DNA of 64,000 bases from Minisyncoccota bacterium (GCA_016782605.1 JADHYE010000002.1:48067-112066); one strand, 5' to 3'; shown: positions 43,233 through 53,254, counted from the stretch's first letter. The notes: generated by a model from the sequence alone, not told the origin. Numbers and translations: made by a program.

Positions 43233-44763
43233 GGATTATAAAGAATTAATAATCAGAGAAATTATTAAAAATCGGGTAAAAAACCGAAATGATTTAGCTA
43301 AAATCAAGAGAAAAGCTGCCAAAAACCACAAAATCCCTTGTCCAGATAACATTTCTCTATTAAAAACTTACCACGAATTAACTAAAAAGAAAAAGATAAA
43401 AAAATCACCACTTTTGGAGTTTTTATTAATAACAAGGCCGATTCGTTCTTTATCCGGTATAGTTAACATTTCAGTTCTCACCAAACCCTACCCTTGTCCT
43501 GGCAAATGCCTTTATTGCCCACAAGAAGTAAATATCCCCAAAAGCTATGTTTCAGGGGAACCAGCCGTAGAAAGAGCTAAAAAACTGCATTATGACCCGT
43601 ATTTACAAACAAAATTAAGAATTGAGATGCTGGAAAACGAAGGACATCCCACTGATAAAATCGAACTGAGAATTGTCGGTGGCACCTGGTCTTTCTACCC
43701 TAAAAAATACCAGGAATGGTTTGTCAAAAGATGCTTTGACGCCTGTAATAAAAGAAAAAACAAAACCTTAAAAGAGGCTCAAACAATCAATGAAAAAGCA
43801 AAACACAGAATAGTCGGATTGTCCATCGAAACAAGGCCGGATTTCATAAACGAAAAGGAAATCACACATTTAAGAGACTTAGGAGCAACAATGGTTGAAT
43901 TAGGAGTGCAAACGATTTATAACGACATTCTCGACATAAACCTAAGAGGACACAAAGTAAAAGAAACAATTTCAGCAACAAAGCTTTTAAAAGACGCTGG
44001 TTTTAAGGTTCTTTACCAGATAATGCCCAATCTACCAGGTTCCAACATCAAAAAAGACGAAGCAATGTTCAAAGAATTATTCAAAAACCAAGATTTTCAG
44101 CCAGATCTCTTAAAGATATATCCTTGCGCACTTTTAAAAGAAGCTCCTCTATATAAATTATGGAAAAAGAAAAAATATAAGCCATATACAGAAAAACAAC
44201 TAATAAATCTAATTAAAACAATAAAAAAGAAAATCCCTTCATATATAAGAATTCAAAGGATAAGCAGGGATATTCCTTCTTCGCGCATTATCGCTGGTCC
44301 GGCCAAAATCTCTAATATCCGCCAGATTCTAAAAAACCAAAATCTACACTGTAAATGCATAAGATGCAGGGAAGTAAGAGATAACTACAAAACAAAAGAA
44401 AAATTGTATTTATTCAAAAAAGAATATAAAGCTTCCAAGGGCAAAGAAATATTTCTGAGCTTTGAAAACAAAAATAGAACAAAGCTTCACAGTTTACTCC
44501 GTTTAAGGAAAACTTCAGAAAACAAAGCAATTATCCGCGAAGTCCACACTTTCGGGCAACAAATACCGATAAGCGAACGTCAAAGCTCAATATCCCCCCA
44601 GCACCATGGACTGGGCAAGAAACTAATTAAAGAAGCTGAAAGAATTACCAAAAAAGAACTCAATTTAAAAAAAATCAGCGTTATTGCCGCTGTCGGAGCA
44701 AGAAACTATTTCAAAAAATCAGGGTATAAGCTGGAAAACACTTATATGGTTAAGATTCTTTAA
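43231..44763 (+). CDS. elp3: Elp3-family radical SAM/GNAT tRNA wobble-uridine modification enzyme
   Basis: 510 aa. Radical SAM CPGKCLYCP (Cx3Cx2C), TIM-barrel region, C-terminal GNAT motif QHHGLGKKL. Confidence 0.85.
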   Translation: MDYKELIIREIIKNRVKNRNDLAKIKRKAAKNHKIPCPDNISLLKTYHELTKKKKIKKSPLLEFLLITRPIRSLSGIVNISVLTKPYPCPGKCLYCPQEVNIPKSYVSGEPAVERAKKLHYDPYLQTKLRIEMLENEGHPTDKIELRIVGGTWSFYPKKYQEWFVKRCFDACNKRKNKTLKEAQTINEKAKHRIVGLSIETRPDFINEKEITHLRDLGATMVELGVQTIYNDILDINLRGHKVKETISATKLLKDAGFKVLYQIMPNLPGSNIKKDEAMFKELFKNQDFQPDLLKIYPCALLKEAPLYKLWKKKKYKPYTEKQLINLIKTIKKKIPSYIRIQRISRDIPSSRIIAGPAKISNIRQILKNQNLHCKCIRCREVRDNYKTKEKLYLFKKEYKASKGKEIFLSFENKNRTKLHSLLRLRKTSENKAIIREVHTFGQQIPISERQSSISPQHHGLGKKLIKEAERITKKELNLKKISVIAAVGARNYFKKSGYKLENTYMVKIL

Positions 44764-44807
44764 CCCTACGTTCTTCAGCTTTCTTCGTGCTTTTATATAT
44801 AAACCTG

Positions 44808-45002
44808 CTAGGCGTCCGGTAAGCCAATTTCCCTCTTTTCGCTCTTTTTGATGAATAATTCTTCATTTTTTTGCTTTACAAGACTTTTGTACAGTTCATC
44901 AATCAATCTTTCATGCTCTTTCGAACTTAAACTATCCCGGCGAATCCGGGCTTTTTCAAAACGAATATATTTGCACAGTGATTTTGGCAGTTTCTTTTTC
45001 AT
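44808..45002 (-). CDS. small basic hypothetical protein (64 aa)
   Basis: ORF only. Lys/Arg-rich. Confidence 0.4.
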   Translation of the reverse strand: MKKKLPKSLCKYIRFEKARIRRDSLSSKEHERLIDELYKSLVKQKNEELFIKKSEKREIGLPDA

Positions 45003-45015
45003 GAAATATATAAGA

Positions 45016-46326
45016 TTATTCCCCTTTATTATTTTTCTTTTTATTTAACAACTCGAATTCTTCCCTGACTATCTGCCTGTCATCCCAGGCTATTTTCTCG
45101 TCTCTAGCCACGCACATCCACGGTTCGCAGCCTTTACCGGTAATTACTACTGTATCACCTTCTTTAGCTAATTTCAAAGATTTCTTAATCGCTTTCCTGC
45201 GATCTAAAACTTTAAAAACTTTTGATTTTTGCTTTTTGGATTTTGAACTTGCAATGCCGGAAAAAACTTCTTCCAAAATTTTCTTCGGATCTTCATCATA
45301 CGGGTCTTCATCAGTCAGAATAATCTCGTCGCAGTACTTGGCGGCAATTTCTCCCATTTTCGGCCTCTTCCATTTATCCCTACCTCCGCCAGCTGAACCG
45401 AGAAGACAGATTAATCTTTTTCCTTTTAATGACTGGTAAACTTTTTCGAGAGCATCGGGAGTATGAGCATAGTCAACAATAACTTTGAAAGGGTCATCAA
45501 TAACAATTTCCATTCTGCCTGGCATTTTTTCAATCTTTTCTAAAATTGCTTTGCAGGAGGGCAAATTAATTTCTTCTGATAATCCTACGCAAATAGCTGC
45601 CAAAGCGTTAAAAAGATTAAACTGCCCCAATAATTTCAAATCAACTCTAACATCTTTAATTTCTTTTAAAATTTTTGCTTTTTTATCAATAAGCTTTATC
45701 TCCTGTTTTTTGTTTTTGATCCCGTAAAGATATTTTTTCTCGGCAGGAAATGTTAAAAAATAGTCTTTATTCTCATCATCTGAATTAATAATATGTATTT
45801 TTCTAACGGCTTTGAAAAGCTGTCCCTTGGTTCTGCGATAATTTTCAAAACTGCCGTGCCTTTCAATGTGTTCTGGCGCCAAATTGGTAAAAACCGCTGT
45901 CTTAAAATCAATAAACTTATGGCGATGCTGCAAAATACCTTCTGAGGTTACCTCCAATATCGCGTATTTGCAGCCGTAATCCAACGCCTCCCTTAAAAAT
46001 CTCTGGATTTGAAAACGGCCTGGCATTGTCATTTTCAACATGTTAGGCCTTTCATTGCTGTTTATCTTAAACCTTATCGAGGAAAGGGAAGCGGTTTTAT
46101 GGCCGGCTTCTTGGAAAATGCGATGGCAAAAATCAACAACCGTTGATTTGCCCTTAGTACCGGTTATGCCGATAATCGTCATTTTCTTCCCAGGAAAGCG
46201 ATATAAAAGAGCACCCAAAAAAGCGAGTAAAAAATGATACCAGTCAATTAAAAAAGAAGGTGTAATTTTTTTGATCAATTCCTTCATAATTTTCTTCTCT
46301 TCATATTCTAGACAAATTATCTCCAA
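45016..46326 (-). CDS. Mur ligase family protein (MurE-like)
   Basis: GITGTKGKST P-loop and Mur ligase middle/C-terminal pattern (DYAHTPDAL). Start is possibly ATG 46287. Confidence 0.75.
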   Translation of the reverse strand: MEIICLEYEEKKIMKELIKKITPSFLIDWYHFLLAFLGALLYRFPGKKMTIIGITGTKGKSTVVDFCHRIFQEAGHKTASLSSIRFKINSNERPNMLKMTMPGRFQIQRFLREALDYGCKYAILEVTSEGILQHRHKFIDFKTAVFTNLAPEHIERHGSFENYRRTKGQLFKAVRKIHIINSDDENKDYFLTFPAEKKYLYGIKNKKQEIKLIDKKAKILKEIKDVRVDLKLLGQFNLFNALAAICVGLSEEINLPSCKAILEKIEKMPGRMEIVIDDPFKVIVDYAHTPDALEKVYQSLKGKRLICLLGSAGGGRDKWKRPKMGEIAAKYCDEIILTDEDPYDEDPKKILEEVFSGIASSKSKKQKSKVFKVLDRRKAIKKSLKLAKEGDTVVITGKGCEPWMCVARDEKIAWDDRQIVREEFELLNKKKNNKGE

Positions 46327-46400
46327 AATAAAAGGGGCGAACTAAAATGTAAGCAGCTTGAAAATAAAGATAATTTAAGATAAAAATAAGCAGGATGTTC

Positions 46401-46470
46401 ACCCCGTTTAGAAATTTTAACTGAATGGGGTTATACTGAAATACTATGCGCCAAAAATTTCTAACGGGGT
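46401..46470. repeat. A-family long-stem element A6
   Basis: accccgtttagaaatttt pairs with aaaatttctaacggggt (1-nt bulge). The loop holds TATACT and the uvrB ATG. Confidence 0.8.
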
Positions 46471-48404
46471 TTAAAATTGTCTCAAAATTCAAACCGACCG
46501 GCGATCAGCCGGAAGCAATAAAGAAATTGGTAAAAAACTTAAAAACTGGCATAAAACACCAGGTGCTTTTGGGTGTTACTGGCTCTGGCAAAACCTTTAC
46601 CATGGCCAAAGCAATTGAAAAGATCCAAAAGCCGGTATTAATTATTTCACATAATAAAACATTGGCTGCCCAATTATATCAGGAATTCAAAGAATTCTTC
46701 CCGAAAAACGCTGTCCATTACTTTGTTTCGTATTACGACTATTATCAGCCAGAAGCCTATATTCCACAAACAGATACATACATTGAAAAAGACGCCAAAA
46801 TTAACAAAGAAATAGACAGACTAAGGCATGCAGCTGTCCAAGATCTGTTATCAAGAAAAGACATCATTATTATTGCTTCGGTTTCCTGTATTTATAACAT
46901 CGGTTCGCCAGAAGACTACCAGCAGGTTTCCTTAGAAATAAAAACAGGCCAAAAATCAAAAAGAAAAGATCTGCTTTCCTGCTTAACCTCTCTCCAATAC
47001 CAAAGAAATGATATTGATTTTAAACCAGGCACTTTCAGAATTAGAGGCAACATAATCGAAATCTATTCTGTAACCGGAGAAGAAATCATACAGATTGAGC
47101 TTTCAGGCGACAGAATTGAAAGTATAAAAAGCAAGAATAACATTATTGATTCCAAGTATAAAAACATTAATTCTTTTAAATTGTTCCCTGCTCATTTCTG
47201 GGTTACTCCCCAGGAAAAGCTGAATATCGCCATTGAAAACATAAGATTAGAATTGCAGGAACAATTAAAAAAACTAAAAAAGCAGAAAAAATTAGTTGAA
47301 TGGCAAAAACTAAATCAAAGGACAAATTACGACCTGGAAATGATGAAAGAAACCGGCTTTTGCCACGGCATTGAAAATTATTCCAGCCATTTGGAATTTA
47401 GAAAACCAGGATCCCCTCCTTATGCTTTAATTAATTACTATCCGAAAGACTTCTTGGTTTTTATTGACGAATCCCATATAACTATCTCACAGCTTCGAGC
47501 AATGGCTGTTCAAGACAGAATAAGGAAAAAAACTTTAATTGATTACGGATTCAGATTACCTTCAGCCATCGACAATCGGCCATTAAAATTCGCCGAATTC
47601 GAAAAAAGTATTAATCGAACAGTCTATGTTTCAGCTACGCCAGGAGAATATGAGAATTTAAAAATAAGGAACGATAAATCAAAACTGCTGGTTGAACAGC
47701 TGGTCAGGCCAACAGGACTATTAGAACCCTCAATTGAAATAAAACCGACCAAAAATCAGGTAAAAGACTTAATCGAAGAAATAAAAAAAAGAATAACAAA
47801 AAAGCAAAGAGTTTTGGTTTTAACCCTTACCAAAAGGCTGGCTGAAGCTGTTTCTGCTTATTTGACTGAAGAAGGAATTAAATCTAAATGGCTACATTCG
47901 GAAATTAAAACCATGGAAAGGCCAGAGATTCTTAAAAACCTGAGAGAAGGAAAATACGACGTTCTGGTCGGTATTAATCTTTTAAGAGAAGGATTGGATT
48001 TGCCGGAAGTATCCTTAATCGCCATTTTAGACGCTGACAAAGAAGGCTTTTTAAGGTCAGAAACTACTTTAATCCAGACAATGGGAAGAGCTGCCCGCCA
48101 TTCTGAAGGACATGTTATTCTTTATGCCGATAAAATTACCGGCTCCATGGCTAGAGCCATCAAAGAAATCGAAAGAAGGAGAAAAATCCAGGAAAATTAC
48201 AATGAAAAACACAAAATAACCCCCGAAGCAATCGTTAAAGCAATCAGAGACTGGCCATTCAATAAAAAAGAAGATACTGCTGTGGAATTCGGCCCGATCA
48301 GAGACATCAAGCTTTTGGAAAAAGAAATGAAAACAGCTGCTAATAACCTGGATTTTGAAAAAGCAGCTGAAATTCGCGACCTAATTAAAAAGCTGCGAAA
48401 ATGA
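46446..48404 (+). CDS. uvrB: excinuclease ABC subunit B
   Basis: 652 aa with FKPTGDQPEAI, GVTGSGKT and the C-terminal UVR domain. Confidence 0.95.
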   Translation: MRQKFLTGFKIVSKFKPTGDQPEAIKKLVKNLKTGIKHQVLLGVTGSGKTFTMAKAIEKIQKPVLIISHNKTLAAQLYQEFKEFFPKNAVHYFVSYYDYYQPEAYIPQTDTYIEKDAKINKEIDRLRHAAVQDLLSRKDIIIIASVSCIYNIGSPEDYQQVSLEIKTGQKSKRKDLLSCLTSLQYQRNDIDFKPGTFRIRGNIIEIYSVTGEEIIQIELSGDRIESIKSKNNIIDSKYKNINSFKLFPAHFWVTPQEKLNIAIENIRLELQEQLKKLKKQKKLVEWQKLNQRTNYDLEMMKETGFCHGIENYSSHLEFRKPGSPPYALINYYPKDFLVFIDESHITISQLRAMAVQDRIRKKTLIDYGFRLPSAIDNRPLKFAEFEKSINRTVYVSATPGEYENLKIRNDKSKLLVEQLVRPTGLLEPSIEIKPTKNQVKDLIEEIKKRITKKQRVLVLTLTKRLAEAVSAYLTEEGIKSKWLHSEIKTMERPEILKNLREGKYDVLVGINLLREGLDLPEVSLIAILDADKEGFLRSETTLIQTMGRAARHSEGHVILYADKITGSMARAIKEIERRRKIQENYNEKHKITPEAIVKAIRDWPFNKKEDTAVEFGPIRDIKLLEKEMKTAANNLDFEKAAEIRDLIKKLRK

Positions 48405-48407
48405 AAA

Positions 48408-48431
48408 ATCCCCCTTTTCGGGGGATTTTTT
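48408..48431. terminator. bidirectional intrinsic terminator
   Basis: aaaaatccccc-ttttc-gggggatttttt lies between convergent genes. Confidence 0.85.
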
Positions 48432-48437
48432 AATAAA

Positions 48438-49946
48438 TTAAAATTTCTTTTCCCTGCTAAAAAACGATTTCAATCTCTGCCAAAACGATTTCGGCTTCTT
48501 CGTTTGAGATCTTTCTATTTCTTCCTGCACTTCCGCCATTCCGCTGGAAGCGTGGTACTCTTTCCACTTTTTGTAATCTTCTTTTTTTTGTTCTTCCGTA
48601 CGCTTGTCTGATCCTGCTTCTTTTTCTGCCTTTTCTATTTCTTCCTGCACTTCTGCAAGAGGTCCAAAATGCTCTTTCCATTGTTTTATATTTTCTTCAG
48701 GTGACGCCTTTGCCTCAACCGGACTTTGCGTTCCACCTAGCTTCTTTTCAACCTGCGCCATTAAAAACTTAATAAACGGAGTTTCTGTCGGAAATCTCCA
48801 CTGTGTTTTGAATTCTATTTTCTCTTTTTTATTTTTAGTGGCTGCTCCGTTTTTGTCTATAAAATTCTTATCGCCATCTACCAGCCAGGCCTTGCTGTTG
48901 AAAGCGTCGTATTTTACTTTCCAGCCAAGCTTTGCCAGATAACTATCTCTAATTGCTTCATGATTATATTTTTTCCCTGGGACATCTCCAATGCTTTCTT
49001 TAAATTCTTCAAATTGGTTTCTATGCTTTCCGTCTAGGGCCTCTCCATACGTTGCCTTAAGCTGCTCTTTGATTTCCTTGAGTTTATTGGTTTTCTCGGT
49101 TTTCTGTTCAGCAAGAGTTGGTTCTTGGGTTCTTTTTTCGGCCGCCAAAAAATCATTCACTTCCTTTCTCCAGCCCATTGATCTACGCATTTCATTAATC
49201 TCATCTTCCGCCAATCCTTTTTCTAAATAGCGTCTAGCCAACATTGACTCAGCTTTTTTGAACTCTTCGTTTTTTGGACGCTTCTTTCCCCATTCTTGAG
49301 AAGAAAACTTTTGTTCTATTTTTTTCTTTATAGTCTCCACTCCTGCTTCAGCTATTTTTAACTTTGCTTCAATTGTTTTAACTGCAGCTTCTTCCATGTG
49401 AAGTCTTTTCTCAATACCTGCATCTGGTTTTTTTACTGCAGCCAATCTTCTTCTAAGATATTCAATTTTCTCTTTACCTATCCTTATTCTTTCTTTATAA
49501 AATGAGATGTCTTCCTTTTTGGGGGCATGTAATTCAATTTTTTCTTTGGTTTCAGTCTTCTGTTCTTTTTTTTCTTCGGCTGGACTAGCCTTGGTAATTG
49601 TCTCCGCCTTCTGGGATTTAACTGCTTTTTTTGTACCAATACTTTTTTCAGGTTTTCTGTCGGGTTTAGGTTCTTCAACAGCACTTTTCTCTTTATAGCC
49701 ATTCTTTTTGAGGTCCGCTATTTCTTTTGGACCTAAACTAGAAGCGTCTACTTCTACCCCTTCTTTGCTAAATATTCTTTTATCCCCTGGTTGCTTTCGT
49801 TCCACTTGTTCTGTTGTAGAAATATTATCAGGGGATTCATCTCCTGGTGTTATTTTTTTCTTTCTTTTTTCTTCCTCTACTTTTTTCCTTTTTCCAATTG
49901 GTTCTTCCTCTGTTGGGTCTGGCCTATTTTTTATTCTTTCTCCCAT
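48438..49946 (-). CDS. Lys/Glu-rich hypothetical protein with a C-terminal internal repeat
   Basis: 502 aa, low complexity. Repeated W-KE-(H/Y)...AEVQEEIE(K/R) unit. DNA repeat at 48510-48570 versus 48625-48685. Confidence 0.55.
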   Translation of the reverse strand: MGERIKNRPDPTEEEPIGKRKKVEEEKRKKKITPGDESPDNISTTEQVERKQPGDKRIFSKEGVEVDASSLGPKEIADLKKNGYKEKSAVEEPKPDRKPEKSIGTKKAVKSQKAETITKASPAEEKKEQKTETKEKIELHAPKKEDISFYKERIRIGKEKIEYLRRRLAAVKKPDAGIEKRLHMEEAAVKTIEAKLKIAEAGVETIKKKIEQKFSSQEWGKKRPKNEEFKKAESMLARRYLEKGLAEDEINEMRRSMGWRKEVNDFLAAEKRTQEPTLAEQKTEKTNKLKEIKEQLKATYGEALDGKHRNQFEEFKESIGDVPGKKYNHEAIRDSYLAKLGWKVKYDAFNSKAWLVDGDKNFIDKNGAATKNKKEKIEFKTQWRFPTETPFIKFLMAQVEKKLGGTQSPVEAKASPEENIKQWKEHFGPLAEVQEEIEKAEKEAGSDKRTEEQKKEDYKKWKEYHASSGMAEVQEEIERSQTKKPKSFWQRLKSFFSREKKF

Positions 49947-50022
49947 ATTTTTAAAAATTTAATGATTATTAATATAATTTCTCTGTTGAATTATACCAAA
50001 ATTAATTGATTTTGTCAATATA

Positions 50023-52488
50023 TTAGAAAAACCCTTCCTGCATTCTTTTTGAAAGCTCGTCTTCCACGACAGACAAATCTCTTCCATATTTTACCCTGGA
50101 TAACTCTTTAATCAATTCTGCCACTTTTTCGTTTGATTGGCTAGGAGGAAAAGTAACAATATTGAAAGGATTGGAAGTTTCTCCGCCAATCAATAGCCTG
50201 ATAGCGGCATTGCGGTTATCAATATTAACCAGATCATTCTCATCGAAAACCGGCTCAAACTGAGTAACCAAGTATTTGGCGTCTTCCGGTCCCACTCTGA
50301 AGCAGATAATGGAGCCGACATTGCCGAAAATCGCCTTTCTAGTGTCCTCGTCAATCTGGCCGATAAACTGGTGGGCCAAAACCATGGCCAGCTTGTATTT
50401 TCTTGCTTCAGCCAAAGCAGAAGCAATACTGCCAGTAGTGACGTTATGAAACTCGTCTATATACAGATAAAAAGGCTTTCTTTTCTCTTCTTTCAAATCA
50501 GCTCTGGACATGGCAGCAATAAGTATTTTGCCGACGATAATCATACCCAATAAGTACGAATTAATGTCTCCTAATTTTCCCTTGGAAAGATTAACGATAA
50601 GAATCTTGCCCTGGTCCATAATTTCTCTGAAGTTTATTGATGATTGCTGCTGGGAAATAATAGGACGAACAAGGTCATTGGCCGTAAAAACGTTCATTTT
50701 ACTGGTAATGTAAGGCACCATATTCACCAAGGCTGCCTCGCCCCCTGCTTTTTCCGCTTCCTGCTCCCAGAAATTCTTGACCACTATATTCTTGCAACGG
50801 GACAGTTTGTACTTTCTGAAATTGGTATCAGCTAAAACCCTTGGCACCTCGATTAAAGTGGTGCCTGAATCCGGATCTTCCATAACCAGTAAAAGAGCAT
50901 TTCTCATATACTGCTCGAATATAGGACCGCCAAACCCCTGGGCTTTCATATTATATAACTTTTCAAAAATCTCCAGAATTTCATTGACAACGAACGTTTT
51001 TGATTCCGGGTAATTCCGGTCGTATTCAAGTATGTTAAGACCAAGAGGCTTGGCAACATCTCCCGGATTAAAATAAATTACGTCTTCTGCCCTAGAAGCA
51101 GGAATTAGGCCTAAAACGCGCTCAGCTAAATCCCCGTGGGGATCAATCAGGGCTACTCCCTGACCGCCTTCAATATCCTGCCTAAGCATTTCCTGAATTA
51201 ATACGGATTTACCCGTACCTGTCTGACCGACAATGTAAAAATGCCTTTGTCTGTCTTCGTCTGTACCCCTTACTATTCTTTCCTCTGCCCGGAAAGCGCT
51301 CTTTCCGATATTTATTCCTTGCTCTGGAAGGTTGACCGGAGGCGCTACCTGCTTCATTTTAATCCATTTGATATTCGGAGTATGAAGGCTTGAAGCAGGC
51401 AAATGAAAAATCGTCGCCAACTCTCCGGAAGAAAAAACCATGGCTTCGCTCTCATTGAAAAGCCTGAAAGAAAATTTATAAAAAAGCTTTTTCAATTCTC
51501 TTTTAGCTGCGTGCTTGAATTTAAACTGATTTAAAAGAGGGGCGTTGAATTGTTCAAAAGAACTTTCTATTTCTCCGAGCATGCTTTTAGCCCTTATCTC
51601 ATTTTCGGCTGAAACTAAAATCCTTAAATTGACGTCAAATAAAGACTGGGAAGCTTTTGTTGAAATTGAAGCAATGGCTTCCTGCTGGGCCGGACCTATC
51701 TCCGTTCTATTAAAGGCATCTTCCGGTTTTTTATCGTTTTTCGGAGCAAAAGTTTTACTCATGTCAGCAAAAAATCCAGATTTTTTAGCCTCAGCCATAG
51801 CTGTATCGAAGTTTTTTCCCGATTGCAAAGATTGTACCGCTTCAAAAGCCTGCTTTTTGATTGATTTTTTACTCGACCTGAAAAGAATCTGGACAGCCGC
51901 TCCCTCCCCTTCTTTCTTTAATTTGGTAAGCGTACTGGTTATTGATGACAAAGGATCAACCTGGAAGTCCTTGTAGCTTTTAATCGGCAAAATGGCTAAA
52001 TTGCTCAAAGAAGCTTTGCTGCCGACAGAAGCGCCCTCCGGATTAAAAATATTGTAATCTTCAATCGACTGGACCTGGGCTCTCGGCCAAAAACCGAGAA
52101 TCTGCTTTTCCATTATTTGGGAAAACTTGCGCGGGCAGGCAACATAAAAGAATATTTCTTCTTTGGCGTGATGAACGGCAATTTCAAAAACGAAATATGG
52201 GTTGCCGAACAAAAAACGGGAGAATGCATTTTCCTCCCGAATGCCTGCCAAAGATGAAAAAAACTGTTCGCCGAGTTTTAAATAATCCTGCAAAGGCATC
52301 TCTTTTTCTTTGTCTATTTTCCCCTCATAAGGCAAGGTAATCAAAAATAAAGAAAGATTCATGCCCTGATTAAGGAAAAATCTTTCCCTTTTTCTGCCGA
52401 GCAAAGAATTAAAAATCAAAAGTAGCACCAAGAAAGCGATTCCCGCCAAGATGAGAACTAAGATTTGCGGATTTAAAAATATTTCCAT
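50023..52488 (-). CDS. membrane-anchored TraD/VirD4-like (FtsK/HerA superfamily) P-loop ATPase
   Basis: N-terminal TM. Walker A VGQTGTGKS, Walker B FYLYIDEFHNV, and VLAHQFIGQ. Confidence 0.7.
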   Translation of the reverse strand: MEIFLNPQILVLILAGIAFLVLLLIFNSLLGRKRERFFLNQGMNLSLFLITLPYEGKIDKEKEMPLQDYLKLGEQFFSSLAGIREENAFSRFLFGNPYFVFEIAVHHAKEEIFFYVACPRKFSQIMEKQILGFWPRAQVQSIEDYNIFNPEGASVGSKASLSNLAILPIKSYKDFQVDPLSSITSTLTKLKKEGEGAAVQILFRSSKKSIKKQAFEAVQSLQSGKNFDTAMAEAKKSGFFADMSKTFAPKNDKKPEDAFNRTEIGPAQQEAIASISTKASQSLFDVNLRILVSAENEIRAKSMLGEIESSFEQFNAPLLNQFKFKHAAKRELKKLFYKFSFRLFNESEAMVFSSGELATIFHLPASSLHTPNIKWIKMKQVAPPVNLPEQGINIGKSAFRAEERIVRGTDEDRQRHFYIVGQTGTGKSVLIQEMLRQDIEGGQGVALIDPHGDLAERVLGLIPASRAEDVIYFNPGDVAKPLGLNILEYDRNYPESKTFVVNEILEIFEKLYNMKAQGFGGPIFEQYMRNALLLVMEDPDSGTTLIEVPRVLADTNFRKYKLSRCKNIVVKNFWEQEAEKAGGEAALVNMVPYITSKMNVFTANDLVRPIISQQQSSINFREIMDQGKILIVNLSKGKLGDINSYLLGMIIVGKILIAAMSRADLKEEKRKPFYLYIDEFHNVTTGSIASALAEARKYKLAMVLAHQFIGQIDEDTRKAIFGNVGSIICFRVGPEDAKYLVTQFEPVFDENDLVNIDNRNAAIRLLIGGETSNPFNIVTFPPSQSNEKVAELIKELSRVKYGRDLSVVEDELSKRMQEGFF

Positions 52489-52498
52489 CTGTTTTAAA

Positions 52499-52909
52499 CT
52501 AAATTTTTATCACGCCCTGGCTGACCATCATTTCATAATACTTATCAGCCAAAGTATCATGGAAACCATCAATAACAGCGGGGTTATCAATCCTTTTAGA
52601 AACTGAAACAGCTCCTTCTAATCCTTTTTCAAAAACTAAAGATACCAAAGCTTCTATCTGTTTTTCAAAAGAAAGCTTTATTATCTCCTTGACCTCGTCT
52701 CTACCCGACAAAGGAACGTCAGAAGGCGAAAGAGAATGTAATTCCCGTAGTTTCCCTTTAACATCTTCTTTAATAATTCTCTTCCTGAGTTCTGGCGCCT
52801 CATTACCAAGTTCAGTCTCTCTCTCTGAAACCCTTTCCCTTAGCCCCTCGATCTCAGGCAACTTTTCTCTGGAAACGTCAGGATTAAAATTGTATTCTTT
52901 TTCTGTCAT
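52499..52909 (-). CDS. acidic hypothetical protein (136 aa)
   Basis: ORF only. Lies 10 nt upstream of the ATPase. Confidence 0.5.
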   Translation of the reverse strand: MTEKEYNFNPDVSREKLPEIEGLRERVSERETELGNEAPELRKRIIKEDVKGKLRELHSLSPSDVPLSGRDEVKEIIKLSFEKQIEALVSLVFEKGLEGAVSVSKRIDNPAVIDGFHDTLADKYYEMMVSQGVIKI

Positions 52910-52990
52910 TTTTTTATCTTATCACGTCAACAACGTAAAACAAAGCTTCAGATTTGCTTTTTTTATCCTTTTATATTATATTAAACCATT

Positions 52991-53254
52991 ATGCCTATTA
53001 TCAAATCAGCTAAAAAAGCTCTTCGCAAAAGCCAGAAAAGAAGAGCAATCAATGCCGCGAAAACTAGAAAACTAAAAAGCCTCTTAAAAGAGGTGAGGGT
53101 TTTGGTAGCAGAAAAGAAAATTGAAGAAGCGAAAAAGCTTCTACCGCAAATCTATAAAACTTTAGATAAAGCAGCTAAAACCAAACTGATTAAAAAGAAT
53201 ACTGCTTCCAGGAAAAAATCAAGAATCTCAAAATTGATCGCTAAATCCCGCTAA
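52991..53254 (+). CDS. rpsT: 30S ribosomal protein S20
   Basis: MPIIKSAKKALRKSQKRR. TTGCTT-17-TATATT promoter with 8 nt to the ATG. Confidence 0.92.
   Translation: MPIIKSAKKALRKSQKRRAINAAKTRKLKSLLKEVRVLVAEKKIEEAKKLLPQIYKTLDKAAKTKLIKKNTASRKKSRISKLIAKSR

Noticed and set aside
5871-46470. A-family copies as a CRISPR array or other direct-repeat array
   Set aside because: The conserved 10-mers occur as inverted pairs scattered over 40 kb in separate intergenic gaps, not as regularly spaced direct repeats. No cas genes are present.
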